Source: Balanoglossus misakiensis (lineage: Eukaryota > Animalia > Hemichordata). Taken from it: a stretch of 64,000 nt of DNA. The stretch covers positions 15,050,998-15,114,997 of the forward strand of contig CM082578.2 in assembly GCA_040954595.2 (NCBI GenBank), written 5' to 3'. The notes under the pieces are model-generated. The model searched no databases, was not told where the DNA came from, and saw nothing but the letters and a program-made list of their open reading frames with translations. A program made the position numbers and the translations under genes. Positions 42,748-54,825 of the stretch are shown in pieces; position 1 is the first letter of the stretch, and each line of letters begins with the position of its first letter.

Positions 42748-42916
42748 AGCCTACTGCCAGCTGTCGCCTCCCATGTGCTAGTTATCCAAGACGGGCGGCA
42801 GGGTTCCACGGTTGTCACGACCGTTCAATTTACGTCCACCGACGGTTATCAACTTTTAGGTAGTGACTCAGCACGTTGTGAGAACGGAAACTGGAATGCA
42901 CCCCTTCCCAGATGTC
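42748..42916 (+). pseudogene. Decayed sushi/CCP-domain exon
   Basis: The exon is bounded by ttacag and C|GTAAGT. It encodes ...TTVQFTSTDGYQLLGSDSARCENGNWNAPLPRC, with the second Cys replaced by Ser. At 169 nt it is out of frame with its 5' part. Confidence 0.65.
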
Positions 42917-45900
42917 GTAAGTGTAAAAAAATATTATTCTCTCACACCTCTTTGTTGACTCTCCATTTTCCAGTGAGTATACCAAATCAAATCGCACTTA
43001 CGGGTCCCGCTCCGATGATAGATAAAATCAGGTTTCCGGTAAACACCCCTTATTTCCATGATATCAGCCCTTTTCCGTCGCCGTCTATTTTGGTATACTC
43101 CATCCGGTAAAAAGTTCGCCATGCCCCTATTCATGCACCATTAACATTGCTGACCTCTGTAAATTGTATCAGTGGTTTTCAACATTAGACACAATTGCCA
43201 AAAGAATGGAATATGTCGTTAAAACAGCCAGTTAAAATAGAAACGATTTTATTGTAACTTTTGAATATTTCGTGTATAATTTGTTGTTATATGGTATACA
43301 TGTAACTGCTGTTTTTTGTTTTACTTTCTACATCAGCTAAACACTTCATATTCTGCTAGTCCTGTGTAGGCCTGCCTGGCGAACTTTGTTACCTACAGGT
43401 ATAGGATGCATACATTTTACAACTCAAGTAGTATAAGTGCTTATAAGCTTCTCGGGGACAGATTTTCAGTAAAATGATAGTCCTTCAAACCTCTTAGTTC
43501 ATCACTATATTAAAGCATAGACCATGGAGGGTGTATGATTAAAGTACCGACCCTATCGCCAATTGTGGTTTTGTCACCATATTCAACACAAACTAACGGC
43601 CTCCTCAGTTGTCAAGACGAAAACCATACTTAAAAGCCAAACACAGTCACCAAGCATACAACATAACTTGATCAAACCGGGTACTCACCGTCTGATTTCG
43701 GCCAAAAAAGTCATTTGTTAAATTCCAATCTCCATATTCGTATTGTTCGTCCGTGAATCGTAAATATCAGCACCATCATTGGTCGATGTCTAGATAAAGA
43801 ATAAGCTTACCTCGTGATTTTTCAGCAAATGCGATACGGACAATCAAGAAAGGTGCTAATCGTCTTGCAGCCTTGTAGAGTCGATCAATTGTCTCAGCAA
43901 ATTGATTATAATGAAGACGAATATCTTACTTTCTTTTCTGTGTAGATGCGTTTGGTAGAAATGTTCTCTTTTGAGATATTGTATATCAACGTTTTGCGAC
44001 AAAATCAATAACAATGATACTCTAATCAGTGCTGTGCATATTGCATGACGTTTTTGACAGGTCGTTTTGTGACTGTGATCCATTCGATTGCCCAATCGCG
44101 GACTTGTCGGCGACACTGCTTCTATAAATAGGAGATATGTATCGTGATATATCAAACAAACGAGTTCTATATCTGCAAGATTAAAGACTACATTCATAAG
44201 TACCCTGGACAATTTGTACTGGGTCAGGAAGGACGAAGTGACATTTGGGGTCAGAGTATGCTGGACATTCAATTGTCGAATTGATGCATGTGAAAGGATA
44301 CCCATGCAAAGCCCACTCACATCGAATGACAATATCCAGGGTGTCACTTTATTGATCGACGAATTCATTGTTCATTGAAATGCCCTTGATGCAACAAGTG
44401 TCTTTACGCCTATTATTATGCACATATCATACGACATGAATAGTAAATGCTTCTCCAGAAATGAGAAGGCTGTTGCCGCGCAGAAAATGCAATTCATATA
44501 CGCGAAAATCAAATTCCCCAAGCAAAACATTATATTTGCTTCCAGTCCACCGGCGTTACACAGATCAATAAGCTTCAGGCGCAATGCGTTGTTTGGAGAC
44601 ACTAACTTTTTGTCTTTTTTTCGTGCTTTCTTTTTGTTCACTCGGGGTTGTCAATTTTATTATTCGGATATTAAGATGTCGTACGATTCGGCAATAAACT
44701 CTAATTCTTCCAAAACTTAAAAATTTCAAAGCATATTACGTACGCATTTTAGTACCACCATGGCAGTAAGTAGCACAGTAAATACAATCTGTCTATGTAA
44801 AGTCGTTCACGAAACGAGCGTTTTTGAATTTGGTTCCTTAATTATAAGCCCGACTTTTCAAACCCACAGAATAACATATATAACTTTTTAAGGAAAACAA
44901 ACGTAGTTGAAACTTTGCATAGGATTGTCATTAATGTAAGTTTCGAGTTATATAGCCAATGATGACTGGCGATATGCTTATAGGACAAGACATAAATTAA
45001 AATAACCGAAATAATGTAAAGTGCAAGCGACATTGCGCCTTCAAGTGGTGATATGTGTGTAGCATTAGCAAAAATATCTCTTAGCTGGCATGTTTCCATT
45101 CGACTTAGTTACACGCAGTCAAGTCCTAATCTTTGTTCAGAACACAAAACATGCGCAACACTCGCGCACACGCGTGTACGTGCTTCATGTTGTTTTGAGC
45201 AGCTGCATCGTCCGATGTCTGTTTACTCTGTATGTAATTTGGGAGTGTTTGGTTACTAAATTTAGCCCGTCTTCTCAACCTTACGCCCTCGTGTTTCTAA
45301 TTTTAGGCTTGCGTTGTTTGTTTTCATCGTTTGTGTTACTAAATTGGTCATTTACAATCTGGCCCGTTTATGGCTGGAGATAACGGCGTGCCGTCGAAGA
45401 TTTATGGTGGATCAACGCGCACTCAATCATCGGCGAAGCAAATTTGCGTGGAAACACAGACGATCGATCGATGAACTGTAGGAATCACAACACGAATAAG
45501 TTAGTTGAAGCATAGGCAGTAGACTGTCTATGGTTGAAGCAGGTTGTTTGAAGCAAGTGTGATTTCAACGAAATGTTTTGCAAACTAGGCACGTGTTACA
45601 CGGATCCTCTTTCAACCTTTGTAGCGAAGTGCGAATCGTCAGCCGACTCGGGAAGGAAAACATTTGCGTTAACCCGCACTGAATTTGTCTTATAGAACAG
45701 AGTCAACGCGTCTGCTTTAGTCAAAAATTAAGCGAATCGTAGTTACTGGTTAAGGTACAAATCCGCATTCACGGCCTGGGCCAATTTGTTATCCTGGGCT
45801 AAACCCTCCACTTGTACGACAGTGTCGTAAACACAAAGTGTAATGACATGTTTGTAGTCGCCTGTGTTTCGAGTTTGACTCGCATCACAACGAGACACAC

Positions 45901-48900
45901 GATTATTTAAACATCCATTCCTATCAACAAATAAAATTCCACTGGTGTGTCCCGTTAGCCCATCGAAGTCGTCCCAATGTTAATCGCTGTGATGTGTGCA
46001 GACTTGTATTCAAAACCACAGTGTGTTATCCGGCCAGCAAGTACACGCGTAAATATTTCTTCTCCGCTATTCCGATAACCGTTCGTATCAATTTGTAATG
46101 GTTGGTTTGTCAATCACTTCTATCCACATTTGATCAGGCTAGCGATTCTCACGTGAGTCAGGAGAACTCGACAACTTCCATCGACATAATTTATCGTCAT
46201 CGATGCCAACAGTATCATCAAAAGTGCCAAGCCCGACTACACACCTCCTCGTGTTTTTTTGTTGTTGTTGCCTAAAATAAACGTTTTTTGTTCACTGCTT
46301 GGGTAGGGAGGGGTCGACTGATATGATTACAGATGACGGATGACCTGTGATCGAACTTTAATGCGTGTTTTAGTTTGCCGGTAAGCTTAGTGCTTTAGGA
46401 ATGATCAAATGAACCGAAAATAAGACTAATTTCTCGAGAATTTATCGATAGGCCATTTTGAACCCTAAAATTGTACAGAAGCCTTCTCTGCTGTTTATGG
46501 CTAACTTTCTGTTTTCGGTGGTGGGTTTATTCTTGAGGTCATTGTAACCTCCAAGATGTTCTGGTGAAACCAGGCATAAATTCTCGATTTCTCATTCGGT
46601 GTCATCAAAGGAGTAGTCACCTCAAATTTACATATGCCCATATATGGTCTAATTACCATGTCGTGGCTTTCTTTTTGTATCATGATGGAAACCAAGTGAA
46701 AATCAGTGATGAGATTTGTCCGGTGGATCAAGCAGATCGTCTGAGAGGCTCTGGTATTGGAACGATATGGAGGCGTATGGACATGACAATGGCCATATTA
46801 ATCACCATCTTGTGTGTCACATAGATTTGACATGCTTGATGGACCACATAGCTATGCGTAATATCAAGAATCATCATTATCACAGACAGAAGACGTAATT
46901 CATGTTTGACTTTCTCGTTCTTTTGCAAAGGCAAAGCTACTCGGATCTGACCAGAACGTCTATCGTCCAAAAAAACGTTTTCTAACTTCTTGTAAATTGT
47001 ACAATGAATCATACTCCCAATTTTGCAAAGAGGGCATTCTTCAACTTAGCTTCTTTATTCCCGATGCAAAGAGGGTAAATGATAGAAAATGGTTGAACAA
47101 TTTCAGAGCGCTTTACCGTTTTGAAAGCATCAAAAGTTAAACAAGCGAACGAGAGACTCAGAGAGACAGAGCGAGACTGAGGCTTGATACAAATAATGTG
47201 GAGAGGGGAAAACTAACAAACACAGAAGAGCAAATATACTTAAGATAGACAGGTTTGAGTAATATATTTCACGGGCATTGGATACCTGAAACGATAAGCA
47301 ATGCAACATGCAGACCTTTCCAAATATGATAACGATTTCCATATTTAATCTAGATGTTCCGTGGGGGCCAACATTCGTGTACCAACACGTTTCGCGACAA
47401 GAATGATCCACTTGAACCGACCCGGTCCCACTGTTGAATTGCATATCCGGCACTTAATCTCAGACCTGGTAGAATCCTTCTTTGGTCGAGAACTCTGAGT
47501 CATTTCATTTGTTCTTGTCTGTCGTTGAAATTAACAAGATGGAACAAGAATTTCAATTCAGATACTCTCCTCGAATACCTGAAAATGTTTTAATAGTGAA
47601 AATTGAAAGGAAAATGCTGTTGAGCTTACACTTTAAAAGAAATATCTACATGATACATCATATCTATACACTTGTGCACCAAATTATGTTCCATACTGAC
47701 ATTAATTCAAAAGCATGTGCTTTAAAACAAAATACACGTCGAAATATCGATGACAGTTTCAAATACTGAAATTCCATTGAATCCTCCCCAAGTTCTTATT
47801 TGATTCAGCGCGCCTTCTGGGCGTTCACCATTAGAATTCAAAAGCAAATCCCCGTCGAGTTAACACAAAGGTTTGCGTTCATTTCGATTATCTTGTGTAG
47901 ACTATTAAAGAAAAACCACGATTTTTACACATTCAAATATACATACTTTTGAAATTTTCTTCAAGAGAAATAAGAATAAAAGTTGCCGTCTTCATTTGTA
48001 AGGTACATTCGGGCGAAAGTTCATGCCCAATTATTCCTGGCTTCCTCCGACAGCCATGAAGTCAATAGGATGTCTACCAGATCATGTAAAGTCATATTTC
48101 GGTCACATTTTAACCAGACCGAGTCATCTCAACGAAAATTCTATAAAGCAGACGACTATAAAATACATTATGCGCTGTTAAAGTCAGAAATGGTTGATAA
48201 AATCTTTAAAATTTCCCCAATTCCCACTGAATTGCCGATAATCATTTTTTTGCTGAGGAAATTGTCCGGCAACTTTGGCCAATTTTCTAATGAATGGTCA
48301 CGTGATAGTATTCATATAGTGATAAGTAAGTCAAATGTTGCATTTCTCGCTAAATGCGAGAAAAGACGAAGTAGAGGAAGTTTTTTGCACCAAATTTCAT
48401 AAAATTTCGCCGAGCAACAAAAAAATAAGAGTAAAGAAGTGCTGGTATCCTAATGTAGGAAGAAACTAACTTTATCAGTCATATGTTGTGTGATATTTCA
48501 ACTGTAAAATCCAAAATATTTGGCGTTTAAATCTTGCCATCACATTTCAGTCCAATTTCGGGGACAGTTCACTCAGTACTTCAAATCAGTATCTCAACTG
48601 AACAAAGCAGCGTCGTTACACGACATCCGCTGAGTGTTTTACTAGTAATAAGTGTTGGTCGCGGTCTGTGTGCAGTGACAGTGTGAGGGGTTTTGAAGAC
48701 GCATCCAGTCACGTGACAGCAGGGTCGTCTGCAGCCAACGAATCGGTTTACTCACATTGAGTTAGTCTTTTGCGGGAACTGTTATTTTCACCTTGTTTGG
48801 TCTTCATTTATATTTTAAGACGAGGTTTGCGTTATCCGTAAAGATTGGTGTGGCCATTCTGTCCCATTGGCTTCTCTCATTGACCGAAGTAACATTTTGG

Positions 48901-49228
48901 AAGTGCATTATTCTGCATTGCATATTACTTGCGCGTCAAACTGCTATTGCTCATCTAACTCTATTAACCCTTTTCTACTTATTTCATACACGTCCACCAG
49001 CCCCGTCCAACTATTCCTTTTCACCTCTCTCTCTGGTTACTTCAGAATGTATCCAAGTAGCTTAATTTCATGTTGATGTCTGCACCAGTACCCGAGAGTT
49101 CACCCCACGATAAACACCCCTGCCTGCCGCCTTTCGTGCTGGTCCCCCACTCGCTCGGCGATAAGAAAAGTCAACGAATGAGCGTTTTAAACGGTTGGAA
49201 ACCTTCTCTGAAGGTTTTTAGTGACACC

Positions 49229-52200
49229 TCACTCGTGAACGGGTAAACACATTGGCAGGTCTTGCAGCGTTGGCGCCCCGTCCAACTTGAACAGTGAAGT
49301 GCCGTCATCCTCGCCATTGACACTGTTGTTTGGCCAAGCGTTGGTTTCCAATGCCTCTGTAATATATACACAAAAATATTTGACGTTAAGCTGCTGTACA
49401 ATCGATTATTTTCCGATTTGCACAAGTTTTACCAATTAATTTATAGAATGCGTACTCGTTAAGTGCGTCGACTTTTCTGTCAGTCGCAGGGGTTGATTTA
49501 TTGCCAAAGGTACCGTACCTATAAATTACCTTGGAGACATTGCTACAAAATAACAGGGCCAAAAAGAACTGACAAAACGTGGGACACGATTCCTTTGAAG
49601 ATTGGCGCAGCAGACGCATACTATTGTCCGAAATAACACCTTATCCGGCGCCAGAATGCATCCAATTACAAGACCAAACCAAAACTTCGTTTACAAAATT
49701 AATCTGTTTTAATAGTACGATTGTCATCTTGAAGTTGTATGAGCACTATTGAAACAGGAATTCGACTTCGTGTGAGCAATCTTACTATAGCTATTGGAGG
49801 AACCAGAGTCAAAATGTGAATTTGGATTGCCGTGCCACGGTCATGTCGTGTCGAGCGCATTGGTATACTAGTATAATATTAATCACACTTTCAAAGTTAA
49901 TTATGCGTACATTTGTTACAAGCCAAATGGATGTGTATCTGTGAGCGCAGTCATCACTAGAATTGAATGATAGATTCAACAAGAGAGACTAGTAAGAGAT
50001 ATCGTCCCAAAACTTGGGTGCGTTTTCCAGAAACGAATGATTCGTGCGTCGGTTGAGTTGTCAATCGCGGCTCAGATGTGAGTGTTATCTCAAACAATAG
50101 CCAATGTTTTTGTACACCTATCACCTGAATGGAGCAGAATATGGTTCAAGGGAAAATTTATGTGAGACAAACGAATCTGCAGCCCTGCTGGTTCGTTTCT
50201 TGTGGAAACTTTAGCAAGTTTTTGCCACCAAGTACAAATACTGACGAAAAATAATGCCCTCTTAAGATAAATATACATGTTCTTCTAGCGGAGATAAGAT
50301 GAACAACCATAAAGATCTTTCGAGGATACGCTCGTCACCCGCGATGAGAAGTGGACACCTGCAACGAGTTCGATCGTTGTTGCTGATATCTCTTTTGAAC
50401 TAGGGGATTTCGCGTGGGATTGTCTTGGGATTTGTACCGAGATGTCAGATCAATGCTATTGCTATACGCTGTCCATACAACCCTTGTTATTCTTATCAAC
50501 TTAGAAAGCATCACTTGAGACGGAAAACACACACTCCTTTTCTCTCAAGTTGTCACTTTACAACTGACTGTGCTAACAGCGAGAAGCCTTGGCACTGCAT
50601 TTAGTGGAGTTCAGATAAGTGGCGGCCGGCCTGTACACCTTTATGGCATGACACGTTAAGTACCGGCACACGATCGGAGTGTTTTAAGGTACGCTTCGTG
50701 ACTATAGCAATCACGAAGGGAGACGTTTAACAGATGTTTTTACGACAGAAAGGTCGCTATTGTTACCGAATGAGCTAAACTTGTGTCAATTACTGAGGCT
50801 TACTGGTTTTACATGTAATGAGACTGGTGTGGCCACTATACGTTAGGACGAAGTCACATGATAACTCTGAAATTATTTCATTGTAAATTACACAAAGAAG
50901 TATGGATAAGATGCAGTAAATTTCTATAGCTTGGCATATAGGCCTAACTGAAAAATTTCTTACAAAGTTTGACTTACTTATAAGATCAGCAAACGATGCA
51001 CTGGACATGGCTGATGGATGTGTTTCATTTCCAAGTACACCTTGATCGACTCCTTCTCCACTGTCTTCGCCACCTGACAGAACAAACATTGAACATTAAC
51101 AAAAATTAACAAATTTTCCCAGTTCGTTCTTGCATGTAAGCGACTTTGAAAGATATATCCCTCCATGATGTATCAGAAACGTTTATTTTAACCGGTTCAT
51201 ATTGAGGGGACATTTGCTTTCACGAAACGTGTTCTGGAATATGTCAACATGGTCTTTACTACCAAAGTCACATTATAAAATCCAAGAAATGTTTGTGTCT
51301 GAAGTTTTATAGAGTAATTGTTTCGTCTGCTTGATCATAAGATTGTCATGCGATTGTTAAATGACGCAAACTACTAATCATGTTGCCATAGAAACTGAAG
51401 ATTACACAGTCACATGGAGCGGCCGTGATTACACCGACCATGGAACGGACCTGTTATTTGCATAGGCCGGAATGTTGCGGTTAGGTTGGATTTTTCGGTA
51501 AAATTGCATGCAAAGCAAATGGATTAATTTTGAAAATTGTGTTCGTCACTATAATCCTTCAACGATTAATGGCGGCGATCTGAATCCACGTTTTGACCCA
51601 GCGTTATACGGCAACACTCAATGTTTACTCGCACTCTGCGTTGCTTTGCTTTTGCTTGGCTGATATCGTCATCGCTTTGTGTTTGATATTATGATTAGCA
51701 GCGCTGGAACACTGGCATGGGAGGCCACACCAACTTCTATTTTGGAGTTGGCAATGCATTTTCAAGCCACTTCAAAATCTAAACATGATTTGCAGCAAAA
51801 TTCCAGCTAAGTTGTATTGTGATTTACCTACAGAAGAGTTTATCGAGTATTAGACCAGATTAACACTAGGTTTCGTATAAATATAGACAATCAGCAAAGG
51901 AAATATCGAGTACATGAATCATGCGGCTTAAATTGGTTTTGTTGATCTGGATGAGCGCCAATCTCCTTGGCAAATAATTGTCTAAAATAACTGTCATGGC
52001 TAGGTTTATGGCGGCAATTACACAAATTGTCTGAAGCACGGGGAATAACAACACACTTCCCCACGCGTCCACCGTCAGTTTATGGCAACGTGTCATAACA
52101 AAAACTTCGCCGAAGAGAATAGGATATAAGAAAACAACTCGTTTCAGAGTAGTGTTCCTATGACGGGTGAGTCGATAATACCGTGGTTCTATATCTTTTG

Positions 52201-54077
52201 TAGTTATCTAGCTCGGTATTCAAACTCTCGTGCACTCTATGTACGCTCAGTATGCTAAAAATAACCAATTGGATATCCAGATAAGTTGTCGGGACAATAG
52301 TCCGGCATTACTAATAAACTGACCCACCTGTTGAAGTGTCGTCCCCCTTGTCCAGCGACTGCAGTTCAGTGTCTGTACTGCCGTGGGCTATATCAATATT
52401 TTCGGGTGAAGAACTTTTGGTATCATTACATGGCGCCTGGATGTTGTCGTAATCTTGGTGCTCGTTCATAGTGAAGTGTAGTGCACTCGGAGATTCTAAA
52501 CTTCTCTTTCGCAGTTGTTGCTGCAGTTGATGTTGTTCTTGTTGTTGATGGTGGTGGTGGTGGGGGTGTTGGTGTTGGTGGTTATGCTGCTGTCTGTAAT
52601 GCTGCTGCTGCTGCTGCAGTAATCGTTGTTGTGCAGGTTGTGAGTTGTGGTGGTGGTGGTGGTTGTGAAGAGGTCGCTGTTGAGACTCGTGCTGCTGATT
52701 CGGATACGAAGACGCTTGGTAGTGTTGCTGCGTTGGGTAATGGTGGAGGTGGTTCTGTTGCTGGTATTGTGAGGCAAACTGCTGTTGTTGTTGTTCTGGA
52801 TGATGATGGTCGTGATGTGGTTGTCTTTGTTGTTGGTTCTGTTGTTGTTGTTGTGGGTTCTGCTGAAGGGTCTGTGTCACCAAGTTACTGGTTATTGTGG
52901 CCCAGGAGTTCAACAGAGCTTGAGAGGCTCCGGGCAAGTTCAGTTGTTGAGTTATGAAGTGCTGTAAGTTCTGAATGGTCGTAGCCGCCGATTGGGCACT
53001 GTTGGTGGGAGCAGAATTTGGGGGATTCGGAGAAGGATAACCGACAGTCGACTGGCCGCCATTCTCTTGTGCGCATGAGCTGCTCATCTGGTTCGCGCCA
53101 CACGAGCATCCACAGGAGTGAGACTGGTTGTGATTCGGGACCGGTGACGGAAATCGGAAATGTTGCGAATGGTTGGGAGTGCCGCAGCTGCCACCGTTGC
53201 AATCGGGTGGGGAGATCAGGGGCGGAACGGGAGACGCCTTAGAGAACTCTCGCGGTATCTGGTGAGGGAGTGAACTTGGACGAGGGGCGGAATTGTTCCT
53301 CTGACTCAGGGACTTGATGAAATCGGCCACTGACGGGGTGAAATGCTGTTGCGGAACGCTTTGCTCTGAATCAGGCGACGCCGGCTGTTGTTTATTGACT
53401 TGAAAAGCTGCCGGGTTCGAAGTGCACCGGGGCTCCGCCGTGGTTTGTTCCCCCGACGGCGAGTCTGAGTGAATTACGGAGTCGGAATCGTCGAGCATGT
53501 CGTCGCTTGAATCGTCTTGCTGGATTCCAGCGAAGTTGAAACTGCACGGGCGATTCCAAGGCGGTGTCATGGGCTCGGCTTTGATCCCGTTGTGCAGGAT
53601 ATTTTCGAATCTGGACCTCGTCTTATAAGACTGCAAATGGTTGAGCAGCGAATGGACAAAGTCCCCGACGTTGTTTTGACACTGTTTCTCTTGCTGTACC
53701 CAATGACTTAGCTCGCTCACCCACTGTTCTGCCTCAAAATACATCCTAGGGTCATTCAGGAGCCCCCCTGGATGTACTTGGTGGACTTTGTGGAGATAAT
53801 CAATCGTCATCTCTAATATTTCAGCCTTGTCCAGTTTCTTAGCAGCGTAGGCACTCATGGAGTAAGCCCTGCATTCCGGAACCAAGGTTTTCAAAGTGTT
53901 CAAACAATTATTGATTCTATCTCGTCGCCGCTTCTCGATGTTTTTGTGCGTGTCAAGGTAGTTTCGTGACTTCTTTCTGCCGGCCACGTCTTCGCCCTTG
54001 TCCTCCGGCGCCTGTGCGCTCAGCCGCCTCTTCGTGCCTTGCCGTGGTCCCTTCACTTTGTTGTCTTCTGGCTCCAT
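49229..54077 (-). CDS. Hairy/E(spl)-group bHLH(-Orange) transcription factor (HELT/DEC/clockwork-orange-like) with Q/H-rich region
   Basis: The main exon 52328..54077 contains the bHLH HKNIEKRRRDRINNCLNTLKTLVPEC...KLDKAEILEMTIDYL, a degenerate Orange-like helix pair (VSELSHWV...SLLNHLQ) and poly-Q/H tracts. It either stops at 52311 or splices (G|GTGGGT, phase 1) to putative exons 50978..51073 and 49229..49356, which join in frame. The last two exons are lower confidence. Confidence 0.85.
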
Positions 54078-54181
54078 TTGGAAACCACGTGGACTATCGT
54101 TGTCCGTGTTAAACCTTGGCAAACAGAAATGGACACAGTTAAAAAACTGACCCTGCGTGTATCTCTTGTCGATCGGCCCTC

Positions 54182-54825
54182 TTTATAATGTCATGTACGG
54201 AGTACACGGTACGCATAATGTATGGGCTGACCCATTCGTCACAAGTAGCCGTCCGATTTGTTTTATCACATTTGCATACACCTAGTACATAACAGTTACA
54301 ATCTAACTGTTAACCACTACAGCAGTGGACAGATTGTCATCAAGGTGAGATCAACATTACGCAACGAAGGTGTTCTAACAATTACGATTTGGCAAAGAGC
54401 GACAACATTAACACATACTTCATAAATCGCGGTAAATCGAGGCTAATTAGTTCCAAGTCATATGTTCTTTCCTGAGTACTGGGTGTACGACAGATATACG
54501 ACCGGCCACTTGTCTAATGCATAATGATCAAACAATCTTGGAGCTCGTAAAGATATACCTAACCCCGGTGGCCTCCTTAACTTATTACCAACCAACGGAA
54601 CTATGAAATTAAAAAAGAATTAAAAAAGTACGTACATGCTAGTCAGCAACTCAGGTCAGCGAAGGATTACGTTTTGTCCGGACAACTCGGATGCAATAAC
54701 GTGGTGCGTGTAAGAACTTGGAAGAGCATTAAATGACACCAAATCTATGCCCCCACTGGTTAAGTTTCAACAGTCACGTGTTTGATGGGACGATAGATTT
54801 CAGGCTTACTGAATCCATGACGTCA
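54182..54825 (-). promoter_or_regulatory. Putative promoter of the bHLH gene (TATA, E-box, CRE)
   Basis: TATAAA on the minus strand at 54182-54187 (~105 bp upstream of the ATG), CACGTG at 54775-54780 and TGACGTCA at 54818-54825. Confidence 0.45.

Noticed and set aside
44372-44641. Minus-strand ORF faintly resembling a tyrosine-recombinase (Crypton) C-terminus
   Set aside because: The catalytic HxxR and Tyr residues are absent, and the resemblance is too weak to call.
46501-47453. Cluster of short ORFs, possibly a decayed retroelement
   Set aside because: No RT, endonuclease or transposase motif is recognisable by eye.
50335-50532. Possible additional bHLH-gene exon
   Set aside because: Its apparent donor is phase 0 and does not fit the following phase-1 exon, and the splice signals are weak.
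52481-53242. Val/Gly/Ala-rich + strand ORFs
   Set aside because: Reverse complement of the CAA/CAG/CAC tracts of the bHLH gene.
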